Of a stretch of DNA of 58,554 nt, positions 13,163-22,844 are shown piece by piece. Numbering within the stretch: the stretch's first letter is position 1; every line of letters begins with the position of its first letter. Made by a program: the position numbers and the translations under genes. Source of the DNA: Gammaproteobacteria bacterium (lineage in GTDB: Bacteria; Pseudomonadota; Gammaproteobacteria; Magnimaribacterales; D2472); contig PBKO01000015.1 in assembly GCA_002721465.1 (NCBI GenBank), positions 31,700 to 90,253 on the forward strand, in the 5' to 3' direction. The notes below the pieces were generated by a model, which saw only the letters and a program-made list of their open reading frames with translations, did not search any database and was not told the DNA's origin.

Positions 13163-14350
13163 ATGAAAAATGTAGTAATTGTTGACAGTGTCAGAACAGG
13201 ATTAGCAAAATCTCATAGAGGTGGTTTTAATATGACAAGACCAGATGAGATGCTTGCACATATTATAGATGCAATGCTTGATAGAAATCCGAATTTACCA
13301 CCTGAAGATGTAGAGGACATAATTATGGGATGTGGAAATCCAGAAGGTGCTCAAGGTCATAATGTAGGAAGGAACGCTGCAGTTTTATCTAAACTCCCAA
13401 TAACAACTGGTGGTACAACTGTTAATAGATATTGTTCATCAGGCATGCAATCAATATCAATGGCTGCTGGTCAGATTATGGCAGGTTGCTATGACACTGT
13501 CATTGCTGGAGGTGCTGAAACAATTTCAATGATGAATATGAATATGGATAACTTCGTAAATGAGAAGCTAGCTCAAGAATCACCTGGTATTTATTTTCCA
13601 ATGGGCATGACGGCTGAGGTTGTTGCCAAAAGATATAATATTTCTAGAGAGGCTCAAGATGAATATGCGTATGAAAGTCAAATGAGAACTGCTGCGGCTC
13701 AGCAATCAGGTTCTTATGACGATGAGATTATTCCTATGGGCACTAAAATGCTTCTTAAAAATAAAGAAACTGGAGAATCAAAAGAAATTGATTGCACAGT
13801 AGATAAAGATGAGTGTAATAGACCAGAGACGACTCTTGAAGGATTATCTTCTTTAAAACCAGTATTCGATCCAGAAAATGGCTCAGTTACTGCAGGTAAC
13901 TCATCCCAGCTTTCAGATGGTGCATCTGTAACTCTCGTTATGTCTGAAGATAAAGCAAAAGAGTTAGATCTTAAACCATTAGCTTACTTTAGAGGCTTTA
14001 CAACAATGGGGTGTGAGCCAGATGAAATGGGAATTGGCCCAGTATTTTCAGTACCAAAAATGCTTAAAAACTATAATTTATCAATTGAAGACATTGACAT
14101 TTGGGAATTAAATGAGGCTTTTGCTGTTCAAGTCGTTTATTGCAGGGACAAGCTGGGAATACCAATGGAAAAATTAAATTTAGATGGTGGATCAATTTCA
14201 ATTGGCCATCCTTTTGGAATGACTGGTTCAAGACAAGTAGGTCATTTGGCCAGACAACTTAACAATATGGATAAACAATTTGGTGTTGTGACTATGTGTG
14301 TTGGTGGAGGTATGGGCGCAAGCGGATTGTTTGAAAGATATCCTTCTTGA
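13163..14350 (+). CDS. acetyl-CoA C-acyltransferase (thiolase)
   Basis: The NRYCSSGMQS active-site Cys region, NEAFA, GHPFGMTG and CVGGGMG thiolase signatures are present. Confidence 0.92.
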   Translation: MKNVVIVDSVRTGLAKSHRGGFNMTRPDEMLAHIIDAMLDRNPNLPPEDVEDIIMGCGNPEGAQGHNVGRNAAVLSKLPITTGGTTVNRYCSSGMQSISMAAGQIMAGCYDTVIAGGAETISMMNMNMDNFVNEKLAQESPGIYFPMGMTAEVVAKRYNISREAQDEYAYESQMRTAAAQQSGSYDDEIIPMGTKMLLKNKETGESKEIDCTVDKDECNRPETTLEGLSSLKPVFDPENGSVTAGNSSQLSDGASVTLVMSEDKAKELDLKPLAYFRGFTTMGCEPDEMGIGPVFSVPKMLKNYNLSIEDIDIWELNEAFAVQVVYCRDKLGIPMEKLNLDGGSISIGHPFGMTGSRQVGHLARQLNNMDKQFGVVTMCVGGGMGASGLFERYPS

Positions 14351-15240
14351 TATCTGAACTAGATATATTAAATTGCTTTCAGCATTTAGTTGAAGCTCCT
14401 TTTGATGATGCTCAACTAGTAGTAGGCTCAGGAGATGATGCAGCTGTAATAAAATCAAATATAAAAGATTTAGTTCATTCATTAGATGTTTCAACAGTTT
14501 CAAAACATTTTCCCAAGAACTCTGATCCAAAAGATATTGCCTACAGATCAATCTCTACAGCATTAAGTGATCTTGCAGCAATGGGTGCATATCCATCTTT
14601 TATAAGCATTGGATTAACTGCTGACTCAAAAGATATTCAATGGTACAAAAATTTTACGAATGGAACTGAACAAATTTTAAAAGATTTCAATCTCAAATTA
14701 GTAGGTGGCGATATAACCTATGGAGAATTAAATATTTGTGTAAATGTTTTTGGATACCCATATAAAAAACCATTAACAAGGTCAAATGCACAAGTAGGTG
14801 ATGATATATATATAACGGGGAAACTTGGTCTTGCCAGACAAGGATTAAAAGATTTTAAACTCAAAAAGAAATCTGAATTTATAAACTATTATTTTAAGCC
14901 AGAACCAGAGTTTAAAAAAAGTGAATTAATTTCTCCTTTTGCGTCATCATGTATAGATATATCTGATGGTTTATTAAAAGATCTAAAAACTATATGTTCA
15001 CAGTCAAATGTTGGGGCAACAATCGATTATGAAAAGATACCAATTCATAATGATATGCATGATTTAACTTATGGTGATGACTATGTTTTATGTTTTACAA
15101 CTTCAAAAAAAAACTCTGATAATTTTCAGGAACCAGATTTTTATAAAATTGGACAAATTTCAAATAAAAAAGATGTTGTAATTAAAAAAAATAATAAAAA
15201 GTTAGAATTTGATAAAAATGGTTGGGATAGTTTTGAATAG
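14347..15240 (+). CDS. thiL: thiamine-monophosphate kinase
   Basis: TTG start overlaps the thiolase TGA. GDDAAV, ALSDLAAMGA, GGDIT and DISDGL AIR-synthase-fold motifs of ThiL are present. Confidence 0.85.
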   Translation: MISELDILNCFQHLVEAPFDDAQLVVGSGDDAAVIKSNIKDLVHSLDVSTVSKHFPKNSDPKDIAYRSISTALSDLAAMGAYPSFISIGLTADSKDIQWYKNFTNGTEQILKDFNLKLVGGDITYGELNICVNVFGYPYKKPLTRSNAQVGDDIYITGKLGLARQGLKDFKLKKKSEFINYYFKPEPEFKKSELISPFASSCIDISDGLLKDLKTICSQSNVGATIDYEKIPIHNDMHDLTYGDDYVLCFTTSKKNSDNFQEPDFYKIGQISNKKDVVIKKNNKKLEFDKNGWDSFE

Positions 15241-16282
15241 GACTGTGGGTATAGTTGGTGGAGGCGTAACTGGCTTAATTATTGGAATATTCTTAGCAAG
15301 AGAAGGATTTAAAGTATCAATATTTGAAAAAAATAAGCTTTTAAGTCAAACAAGCTCTAAGACAACTAAATTACTTCATGGAGGCCTTAGATATTTAGAA
15401 AATTTTCAGATCAAGGAAGTACAAAATGGTCTGAAAGATCGAGAATGGTGGCTTAAAAACTTTCCTAAGCACACAAATAAAATGCAAATAGCTATGCCTT
15501 TTAAAAGTTCTAAAAATTTAAATTTTTTTAAATATTTTATAGGTATTAAGCTTTATGAAATGCTTGCAGGCTCAAAAAAAATAGGTGGCAGCAAAATACT
15601 TGATATCAGTAAATATGATTCTTTTGATTTAAAAGAAGATTATTCAAAATATATTTCATTTTTTGATGGATTTATGGATGATGAAATGCTTGGACAAGAA
15701 CTTATTAATTTAGCAAAGGATCTTAATATAGATATTTTTGAAAATCACGAAATTAAATACTTTGATGATAGAGGTAATATTGATAATTATAAATTTGATA
15801 AGATAATTTTATCTGTTGGCCCGTGGACTGAAATCCTTTTAGAAAAGAATAAAATTAAACCACTAAAAAAAATTGATTTTATTAAAGGTAGTCATTTAAT
15901 TATTAAAAGAGAAATAAAAAATGGAATTATGCTCAAAGGAAGATGTAAAAAAAGATATATTTTTGCACTTCCATATAAAAAAATGATGTTATTAGGAACA
16001 ACAGAAGAAAGAGTAAATTCACCAGAAAGTCCTAATGTTGATACTCACGAAGTAGAATATCTTTTAGATAGTATAAATTTTTATTTAAAAGATCCTATTT
16101 CAAAAAATGAAATAGTATCTTCTTATGCAGGCGTAAGGCCTCTTATAAAGTCAAACAAAAAAAGTTTTGTTAATTCATCGAGAGATTTCTTTATCCAAAA
16201 TGAGGATAAGCTTATAGCAATATATGGAGGTAAATGGACCACATCTCCATCAATAGCAAGAGAAGTTGTTACAATAATTTAA
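15218..16282 (+). CDS. FAD-dependent oxidoreductase, glycerol-3-phosphate dehydrogenase (GlpD)-like but C-terminally short
   Basis: VGIVGGGVTG dinucleotide fold followed by TSSKTTKLLHGGLRYLE, the GlpD signature region. Alternative starts in the same frame are TTG 15209, ATG 15218 and GTG 15245. Confidence 0.7.
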   Translation: MVGIVLNRTVGIVGGGVTGLIIGIFLAREGFKVSIFEKNKLLSQTSSKTTKLLHGGLRYLENFQIKEVQNGLKDREWWLKNFPKHTNKMQIAMPFKSSKNLNFFKYFIGIKLYEMLAGSKKIGGSKILDISKYDSFDLKEDYSKYISFFDGFMDDEMLGQELINLAKDLNIDIFENHEIKYFDDRGNIDNYKFDKIILSVGPWTEILLEKNKIKPLKKIDFIKGSHLIIKREIKNGIMLKGRCKKRYIFALPYKKMMLLGTTEERVNSPESPNVDTHEVEYLLDSINFYLKDPISKNEIVSSYAGVRPLIKSNKKSFVNSSRDFFIQNEDKLIAIYGGKWTTSPSIAREVVTII

Positions 16283-16768
16283 ATGCAAAACTTTCCTAAT
16301 CTTAAAAACCCACTTCACTTTATTGCAACCCTAGGAGGTCTCGGTAAAATTCCTATCGCCCCTGGAACTTTTGGAAGCATTTTTGCGTGGTTCGTTTTTA
16401 TATTCTTGTCGCACTATATCAATATGATTTTTCTAACATTTGCTGTTGGAATTTTTTCGGTTTGGATTTGTGAAAAAATTACTAAGGATTTAGTTATTAA
16501 AGATCATAAATCAATTGTTATTGATGAGTTAGTGGGCACATGGATTTCCTTATTACCAGTATTATTTATTGCAGATGATCGATATGAAAGAATAATTTAT
16601 GCTGCCATAGCTTTAATACTATTTAGATTTTTTGATATTCTTAAACCTTATCCTATTTCATTTTTTGATAAAGAGTATAAAAATGGATTGGGCATTGTCT
16701 TAGACGATGTTATTGCAGGTATATTTTCTGGAATACTATCTGTCATTTTATTAATTCTTTTAATTTAG
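16283..16768 (+). CDS. pgpA: phosphatidylglycerophosphatase A
   Basis: 161 aa. GLGKIPIAPGTFGS, DELVG and FRFFDILKPYPI motifs are present, and the profile is multi-TM. Confidence 0.87.
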   Translation: MQNFPNLKNPLHFIATLGGLGKIPIAPGTFGSIFAWFVFIFLSHYINMIFLTFAVGIFSVWICEKITKDLVIKDHKSIVIDELVGTWISLLPVLFIADDRYERIIYAAIALILFRFFDILKPYPISFFDKEYKNGLGIVLDDVIAGIFSGILSVILLILLI

Positions 16769-18614
16769 ACTCTATTTTTTCAGATGTTAATCCAGCCTCA
16801 TCAAGCATTTCATCTCTGGAAGCATGTTCAATAAATTGATCAGGTATACCAAATAATACTGATTGAATATTTATTCTTTCTGATGAACAAAATTCCTGAA
16901 CAAGGCTGCCAGCTCCACCTTTTACACAGGCATCTTCAATAGAAACAAACATACTAGCTTTAGAGAAATATTTTTTGAGCATTTTTTCATCCAATGGCTT
17001 AACAAATCTCATATCAATCAAGGTTAATTTTAAATTTTTTGCAACCTTCTTGGCTTTATTAAGCAAAGCGCCAAAATTCAGCATAATAATTTCACTATTT
17101 CCTTCACATATTAATCTAGATTTTCCTAGTGGTACTGATTTAAGACTTTTTTCAACTTTTGAATTCGGTCCAATTCCTCTTGGATATCTAACTGCAGCAG
17201 GACCATCATATTCATATGCTGTAGTGAGTAATTTTCTAGTTTCATCCTCATCGGAGGGGGTACAAATAACCATATTTGGAATGCATCTTAAATATGCAAT
17301 ATCATAGTTGCCAGAGTGTGTTGGCCCATCTTCTCCTACAAGTCCTGATCTATCTAATGCAAAAGTTACATCAAGATTTTGAATTGCAACGTCATGAATA
17401 AGTTGATCATAACCTCTCTGAAGAAATGTAGAGTAAATAGCAACAACAGGCTTCATCTTTTCTGCAGCAAGACCTGCAGCAAAAGTCACAGAATGCTGCT
17501 CTGCAATTGCAACATCATAATATCTATCTGGAAATTCTTTACTAAACTTTACAAGTCCCGAACCTTCTCTCATCGCTGGTGTAATTCCTATGAGTTTATT
17601 ATCTTTTTTCGCCATATCTAATATCCAATCACTGAATATATCCTGATACTTTTTCTGATCTGATTTTTCTTGCTTAATTGAATTAATTTTACCTATCGCA
17701 TGAAACCCTATACGATCTGCTTCTGCAGGGTCAAGACCAGCACCTTTTTTAGTAATTACATGAAGGAACTGAGGACCTTCAAAGTCTTTCAAATTAGAAA
17801 TTACGTCGTTTAACTCTTTAATATTATGTCCGTCAATTGGTCCAATATAGTTAAGTCCCAACTCTTCAAACATTGTTCCAGGAGCAACCAAGGCTTTCAT
17901 TTGTGTTTCAGCTTTTCTGGCTAAATGATATGCTTGAGGTAAAGGTTTTAGGAATGAGGCACCGCTTTTTTTTATACCTTTATATATTTTAGAAGCCCAT
18001 ATTCTTGAAAAGTAATTTGATAGTCCACCTATGTTTTCTGAAATAGACATATCATTATCATTTAATATCACTAGAATATTTGATTTTAAATGTCCCATAT
18101 GGCTAAGAGCTTCAAAAGCCATGCCAGCAGTCATGGCACCATCTCCAATTACAGCAATGTGTTTTTTATTAGGATTTAATAATTGATTAGCTTCTGACAT
18201 TCCAAGAATTGCACTCAAAGAAGTACTAGAATGACCTACTCCAAATGAGTCAAATTCACTTTCTGATCTTGTTGGAAAGGGGGCAAGCCCACCCCTTTTT
18301 CTAATCGACTCAATTTGATCTTTCCGACCAGTTAAAATTTTATGTGGATAGGCTTGATGTCCAACATCCCATATAAGATTATCATTTGGTGTATCAAATA
18401 AATAATGCAGAACAATTGTAAGTTCAATAACACCCAGGCCACCTGCCAAATGACCACCACTCTTACCTACAGAGTAAAGTAAAAATTCTCTTAATTCATT
18501 AGCTAGTGACTCTAACTCATTAATAGAAAAAGATCTCATTTCAGAAGGAACATTCACTCGATCAAGCAATAGTGTTTTTGGTTTTTGAGTAGGTATTTTT
18601 TTAAAAACTTTCAT
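16743..18614 (-). CDS. dxs: 1-deoxy-D-xylulose-5-phosphate synthase
   Basis: 623 aa with GGHLAGGLGVIELT, GHSSTS, the GDGAMTAGMAFEAL..NDN ThDP motif and DGPTH. Confidence 0.96.
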   Translation of the reverse strand: MKVFKKIPTQKPKTLLLDRVNVPSEMRSFSINELESLANELREFLLYSVGKSGGHLAGGLGVIELTIVLHYLFDTPNDNLIWDVGHQAYPHKILTGRKDQIESIRKRGGLAPFPTRSESEFDSFGVGHSSTSLSAILGMSEANQLLNPNKKHIAVIGDGAMTAGMAFEALSHMGHLKSNILVILNDNDMSISENIGGLSNYFSRIWASKIYKGIKKSGASFLKPLPQAYHLARKAETQMKALVAPGTMFEELGLNYIGPIDGHNIKELNDVISNLKDFEGPQFLHVITKKGAGLDPAEADRIGFHAIGKINSIKQEKSDQKKYQDIFSDWILDMAKKDNKLIGITPAMREGSGLVKFSKEFPDRYYDVAIAEQHSVTFAAGLAAEKMKPVVAIYSTFLQRGYDQLIHDVAIQNLDVTFALDRSGLVGEDGPTHSGNYDIAYLRCIPNMVICTPSDEDETRKLLTTAYEYDGPAAVRYPRGIGPNSKVEKSLKSVPLGKSRLICEGNSEIIMLNFGALLNKAKKVAKNLKLTLIDMRFVKPLDEKMLKKYFSKASMFVSIEDACVKGGAGSLVQEFCSSERINIQSVLFGIPDQFIEHASRDEMLDEAGLTSEKIESKLKELIK

Positions 18615-19484
18615 TTAATTATTTCTGTAAGAAATGTACTTCGCTAATTCTATTAACATATCAAATCTCTTATTTTTAAGCTTTTCTAAATCAGATATGG
18701 CTGACATGGATAGCTCTTGAGATATATTAATTGCCTCATTCAAACTGACAACTTTCAAATATGTTGACTTATCATTTCTTTTGTCTGAGTTAGCATTTTT
18801 ACCAAGTGTTTTTTCATCAGAAACTTCTTCTAGTATGTCATCAGTAATTTGAAAAGCTAGGCCAATTTTTTGTCCAACATTTTCTAATACATTTGTTAAG
18901 TTAATATCTTCATTACCAGTTTGGCCAAGAAGAACACAAGCTTTAATAAGCTCACCTGTTTTTAAAGAATGTATTTTTTCTATTTCTTCATGAGAGATTG
19001 CTTTTGATTCACTATCAATATCGAGATATTGTCCGAATACCATTCCACTTTTTCCACACGCTTTGCTTAGTAATTTTATTGCACTTATCTTACAAGTGTC
19101 ATTCATGTCATTATCATCACAAATAATTTCATATCCAAGACTTTGGAGTGCGTCCCCAGCAAGAATAGCATTTGCCTCACCATACTTAATATGACTAGAT
19201 TCCTTTCCTCTTCTTAAATTATCATCATCCATAGAAGGTAGGTCGTCATGAATCAGAGAGTAAGCGTGAATTAATTCAACTGATGCCGCTAAGGTAGATG
19301 TGCTACATGATGAAAGATTTTTATTATTTTCAGCTGAAGCAAAAATTAATCCTGCTCTTATCATTTTACTTTTGCTCAATGCTGTGTAGCTCATCACTTT
19401 TTCAATGAAATTAGAATTACCAATACTTTGTTCTATTTTTTTAGAGACATTATCTCGGACATGAGATAGAAAATTTTCAAGCAT
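18615..19484 (-). CDS. ispA: (2E,6E)-farnesyl diphosphate synthase
   Basis: Two Asp-rich motifs (LIHDDLPSMDDDNLRRG and FQITDDILE). The conserved xseB-ispA-dxs order is present. Confidence 0.9.
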   Translation of the reverse strand: MLENFLSHVRDNVSKKIEQSIGNSNFIEKVMSYTALSKSKMIRAGLIFASAENNKNLSSCSTSTLAASVELIHAYSLIHDDLPSMDDDNLRRGKESSHIKYGEANAILAGDALQSLGYEIICDDNDMNDTCKISAIKLLSKACGKSGMVFGQYLDIDSESKAISHEEIEKIHSLKTGELIKACVLLGQTGNEDINLTNVLENVGQKIGLAFQITDDILEEVSDEKTLGKNANSDKRNDKSTYLKVVSLNEAINISQELSMSAISDLEKLKNKRFDMLIELAKYISYRNN

Positions 19485-19493
19485 TTATCTATT

Positions 19494-19715
19494 TTAAGTT
19501 TCTATATCTTCAGAAGTGCCATCATCGAGAAGTTTTTGTATTTTTAGCTCGGCACTTTTAAGCTCTTCTTGACAACTTTTTACAAGATTAATGCCTTCCT
19601 CAAATGATTTTACTGAATCTTCTAGACTGATATTCTCATCTTCAAGTTTTGTAACAATTAACTCTAGCTTATTAAGCGAAGATTCAAAATTTGATTGTTT
19701 ATCAGATTTAGCCAT
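19494..19715 (-). CDS. xseB: exodeoxyribonuclease VII small subunit
   Basis: 73 aa. FESSLNKLELIVTKLEDENISLEDSVKSFEEG is the typical XseB helix pattern, and the gene is in the conserved position. Confidence 0.87.
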   Translation of the reverse strand: MAKSDKQSNFESSLNKLELIVTKLEDENISLEDSVKSFEEGINLVKSCQEELKSAELKIQKLLDDGTSEDIET

Positions 19716-19718
19716 TGC

Positions 19719-22700
19719 TTATTGTAAATTATTGGAAGGATTTTTAAATAATTTTTTATAATCATTTTTAATTGCAAATGGAAGAGATAGAATTGCAGGC
19801 GTTAGAATCAAAGTCACAAAAGTACTAAAACCAAGACCGAATACAATTGAAACTGCTAGATTAGACCACCAATCCACAATCCTACTACCAACAAGAATAT
19901 CTCTAGAAATAATATCAAGGCTTATACCCATTGCTAAAGGCAATAAACCAAATATTGTTGTAAGAGATGTCAAAATTATTGGTCTTAATCTCTGTTTACA
20001 TGCTTCAATAATATGTTTAGATGCCTCTAAGTGCGGAGCTTCCTCTTTTAGCCTATTAAATGTATCTATTAAAACAATATTGTTATTAACGACAATACCT
20101 GCGAGAGTAACAATTGATAAACCAGTCATTGTTGTACTAAAAGATTTGCCAGTGATTAGAAGACCCAGCAGAACTCCAACAAATGATATTGCAACTGATG
20201 ACAAAATAATAAATGACTGATAAAAACTATTAAACTGAGTTATTAACATTAATAACATTATGAAAACAGCAGTAATTCCAGCTGTAATCATAAATGTATT
20301 TACTTCTTCAGTTTCTTCAGCCATTCCACCAAAGCTATATGAAATACCTTCTCCCAAATATGCTGTTTTTAACCAATTATCTAATTCAGCAACTTTGGAT
20401 GAAACTTTTGATTCATCAAGTGTACCAGCACCTACTTCTTGAAAGTATTTTCCATTTTTCCTATTTACAGTTTGCCGGTTTTCTTTTGGTACAACATTGA
20501 TAAAAGAACTCACAGGGACAGTTCCCTTTTTTGTTACAACATTTAGATCTCTTATGCCGGTAATTGTTCTATCAGATTCAGGGAATCTTGCTCTAATTTC
20601 TACCTCATCTTTTGCATCATCAGGCCTATATTCACCAACTTTAAATCCATTTGTAAGCATTTGGACTAATGCTCCAACATCACTCACACTTACTCCAAGC
20701 TGAGCTGCCTTTTGTTTATCAACTTCGACACTCCACTCAACTGATGGATATGCTTTTGAAGAAAAAATATTTATTAATCCTTTCATATCATTTCTCATAT
20801 AGTTTTCAATGATACTTACTGCATAATTAACAGAATCTTCAGTGCTGCCATAAATATCTAATTCAATGGGAGAATCAAATGATGGTCCTCCAAGATCAGC
20901 TTCAACCTCTACAGCTATACCGGGTAAATCTTTAGTAGAGGAGACAAGATTATCCATTATTTGAAAACCAGAAATATCCCTTTGAGAAGGCTCAAGTGTT
21001 TCTATAAAACCACCACCGATTCTATCAGCACCAGATTCCCACCAATTTGTACCAGATCTCAAATAAACATTTTTTATACCTTCAACTTCAAGGAATCTTT
21101 CTTCAACTTTTTCAATAATTTCTTTGGTCTCTAAAGCAGAAAAGTTTCCTCTTGCTTTTATGGTTATGTTTGCTTGAACTGGATCAACTATTGCAAAATA
21201 AATAGTACCTTTGCCAGAAAATATATAGCTCATAATTATGATCGCTAGAATTGAAACGACTGCGATTATTGTCTCAACAGGATTAGTAACAAACTTTTTA
21301 ATGTATTTCCCATACCATTCTGTAAGTCTTATGAAAATTGAAACATGATCTGTGTCTTTATCATTCAATGCTGAATTCTTCTGACCAAAATATGAACCTA
21401 AAACAGGGATAACAATTAGTGAATAAAATAATGATGCAGACAAAACAAAAAATATTGTAATTGGGAGGTACCTCATAAATTGACCAGTAAAGCCAGGCCA
21501 AAACATAATAGGAATAAATGCAGCTAATGTTGTTCCTGTTGAAGCAATTATTGGAAAAAACATTCTTTTAGCTGAAATTGTATATCCTTCTATTCTCGAT
21601 AATCCTTCTGATATTTTTTTATCAGCATACTCTGTAATAACAATTGAACCATCGATTAACATCCCCATCCCAAGAAGAAGACCCATCATGACAAGGAAAT
21701 TTACTTCCATATTGAGCCCATATAAGATTAAGTAAGTCATTAAAAAGCAAAATGGTATCGATAAACCTACAAGCATAGAAACTCTAATTCCCATGCTTGC
21801 AATTATAAGAACCATAATTAATATTACAGCAGCTATGATATTACCATTGAGCTCCTTAACCATTAAATTTGCATAGACAGTATCATCATTTGAGACCTCA
21901 ATTTTAAGATTATCGGGTAAGGTAGATTCAAAATCTTTCAAAATACCTCTAATAGCATTTGATGCGTCAATTGCATTAGCACTTTCTCTAAGTGAGACCT
22001 CTAAAGTTACTGCATCTTGACCGTTTACTCTGGCGTAAGAAGTGAAATCTTTAAAAGTTCTTTTTACTGTAGCAATTTCACCTAAAGTTACAATAGCATC
22101 TTTTGTAACTTTAACCGGAATTGCATATACATCTTTTGCTGATTCAATAATACTAGGAACTTCGATATTAAAACTTCCTCTTCCAGTATCTTGCTTTCCT
22201 CCTGGAATTATTAAATTATTGTTAGAAACTGAATAATAGATATCAGAAAGGGTTACTCCATAAGATTCCATTTTTGCTTTATTAATTACACCCTCCAGAA
22301 CTTCTTCTGGAGCGCCTGTCATATTTACTTCAAGAATTTGCTCAATTGGCTCAATTCTGTCTTTTAATTCACGTGCATAAAATACTTTTTGTCTAATTGA
22401 CTGACCACCAACAATGCTTATATTCATTACTGGAAAGCTTGCTTCACTATATTCTTCAATTTGTGGATCTTCTGCCTCTAATGGAAGTTGATATTTAATT
22501 TCTTCTACTCCCTGTTTAACATCAACAAGAGCTTGGTCAATATCAAACCCAACCTCAAATTCTAAGAAAATTCTAGCAAAGCTCAGATAGCTAGTTGATC
22601 TGATATTTTTTACTCCTGTTACAGTCTTTAATCTATTCTCAAGCGGCCTAGCTATTAATCTAGATGTATCATTTGGAGATGCTCCATCAAGAAATACAGA

Positions 22701-22844
22701 TACTGTGATAAAAGGCAATTGAACATTTGGGGCGGCTGCTATTGGAATTTCTTGACGTGCGTATGAACCTGCAATAATGACCATTAAAGCAAGCAATAGG
22801 GTTGTCTTTGCTTTTCTTAAAGCAAAATCAATAATTTGTGTCAT
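19719..22844 (-). CDS. efflux RND transporter permease subunit (AcrB/AcrD/AcrF family)
   Basis: 1041 aa with the 12-TM plus two large periplasmic loops layout and typical N-terminal (LLLALMVIIAG) and TM4 regions. Confidence 0.9.
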   Translation of the reverse strand: MTQIIDFALRKAKTTLLLALMVIIAGSYARQEIPIAAAPNVQLPFITVSVFLDGASPNDTSRLIARPLENRLKTVTGVKNIRSTSYLSFARIFLEFEVGFDIDQALVDVKQGVEEIKYQLPLEAEDPQIEEYSEASFPVMNISIVGGQSIRQKVFYARELKDRIEPIEQILEVNMTGAPEEVLEGVINKAKMESYGVTLSDIYYSVSNNNLIIPGGKQDTGRGSFNIEVPSIIESAKDVYAIPVKVTKDAIVTLGEIATVKRTFKDFTSYARVNGQDAVTLEVSLRESANAIDASNAIRGILKDFESTLPDNLKIEVSNDDTVYANLMVKELNGNIIAAVILIMVLIIASMGIRVSMLVGLSIPFCFLMTYLILYGLNMEVNFLVMMGLLLGMGMLIDGSIVITEYADKKISEGLSRIEGYTISAKRMFFPIIASTGTTLAAFIPIMFWPGFTGQFMRYLPITIFFVLSASLFYSLIVIPVLGSYFGQKNSALNDKDTDHVSIFIRLTEWYGKYIKKFVTNPVETIIAVVSILAIIIMSYIFSGKGTIYFAIVDPVQANITIKARGNFSALETKEIIEKVEERFLEVEGIKNVYLRSGTNWWESGADRIGGGFIETLEPSQRDISGFQIMDNLVSSTKDLPGIAVEVEADLGGPSFDSPIELDIYGSTEDSVNYAVSIIENYMRNDMKGLINIFSSKAYPSVEWSVEVDKQKAAQLGVSVSDVGALVQMLTNGFKVGEYRPDDAKDEVEIRARFPESDRTITGIRDLNVVTKKGTVPVSSFINVVPKENRQTVNRKNGKYFQEVGAGTLDESKVSSKVAELDNWLKTAYLGEGISYSFGGMAEETEEVNTFMITAGITAVFIMLLMLITQFNSFYQSFIILSSVAISFVGVLLGLLITGKSFSTTMTGLSIVTLAGIVVNNNIVLIDTFNRLKEEAPHLEASKHIIEACKQRLRPIILTSLTTIFGLLPLAMGISLDIISRDILVGSRIVDWWSNLAVSIVFGLGFSTFVTLILTPAILSLPFAIKNDYKKLFKNPSNNLQ

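Noticed and set aside
18343-18351. DnaA-box-like TGTGGATAg (8/9 match)
   Set aside because: It is a single, imperfect copy inside the dxs coding sequence, with no cluster of boxes or AT-rich unwinding element context.
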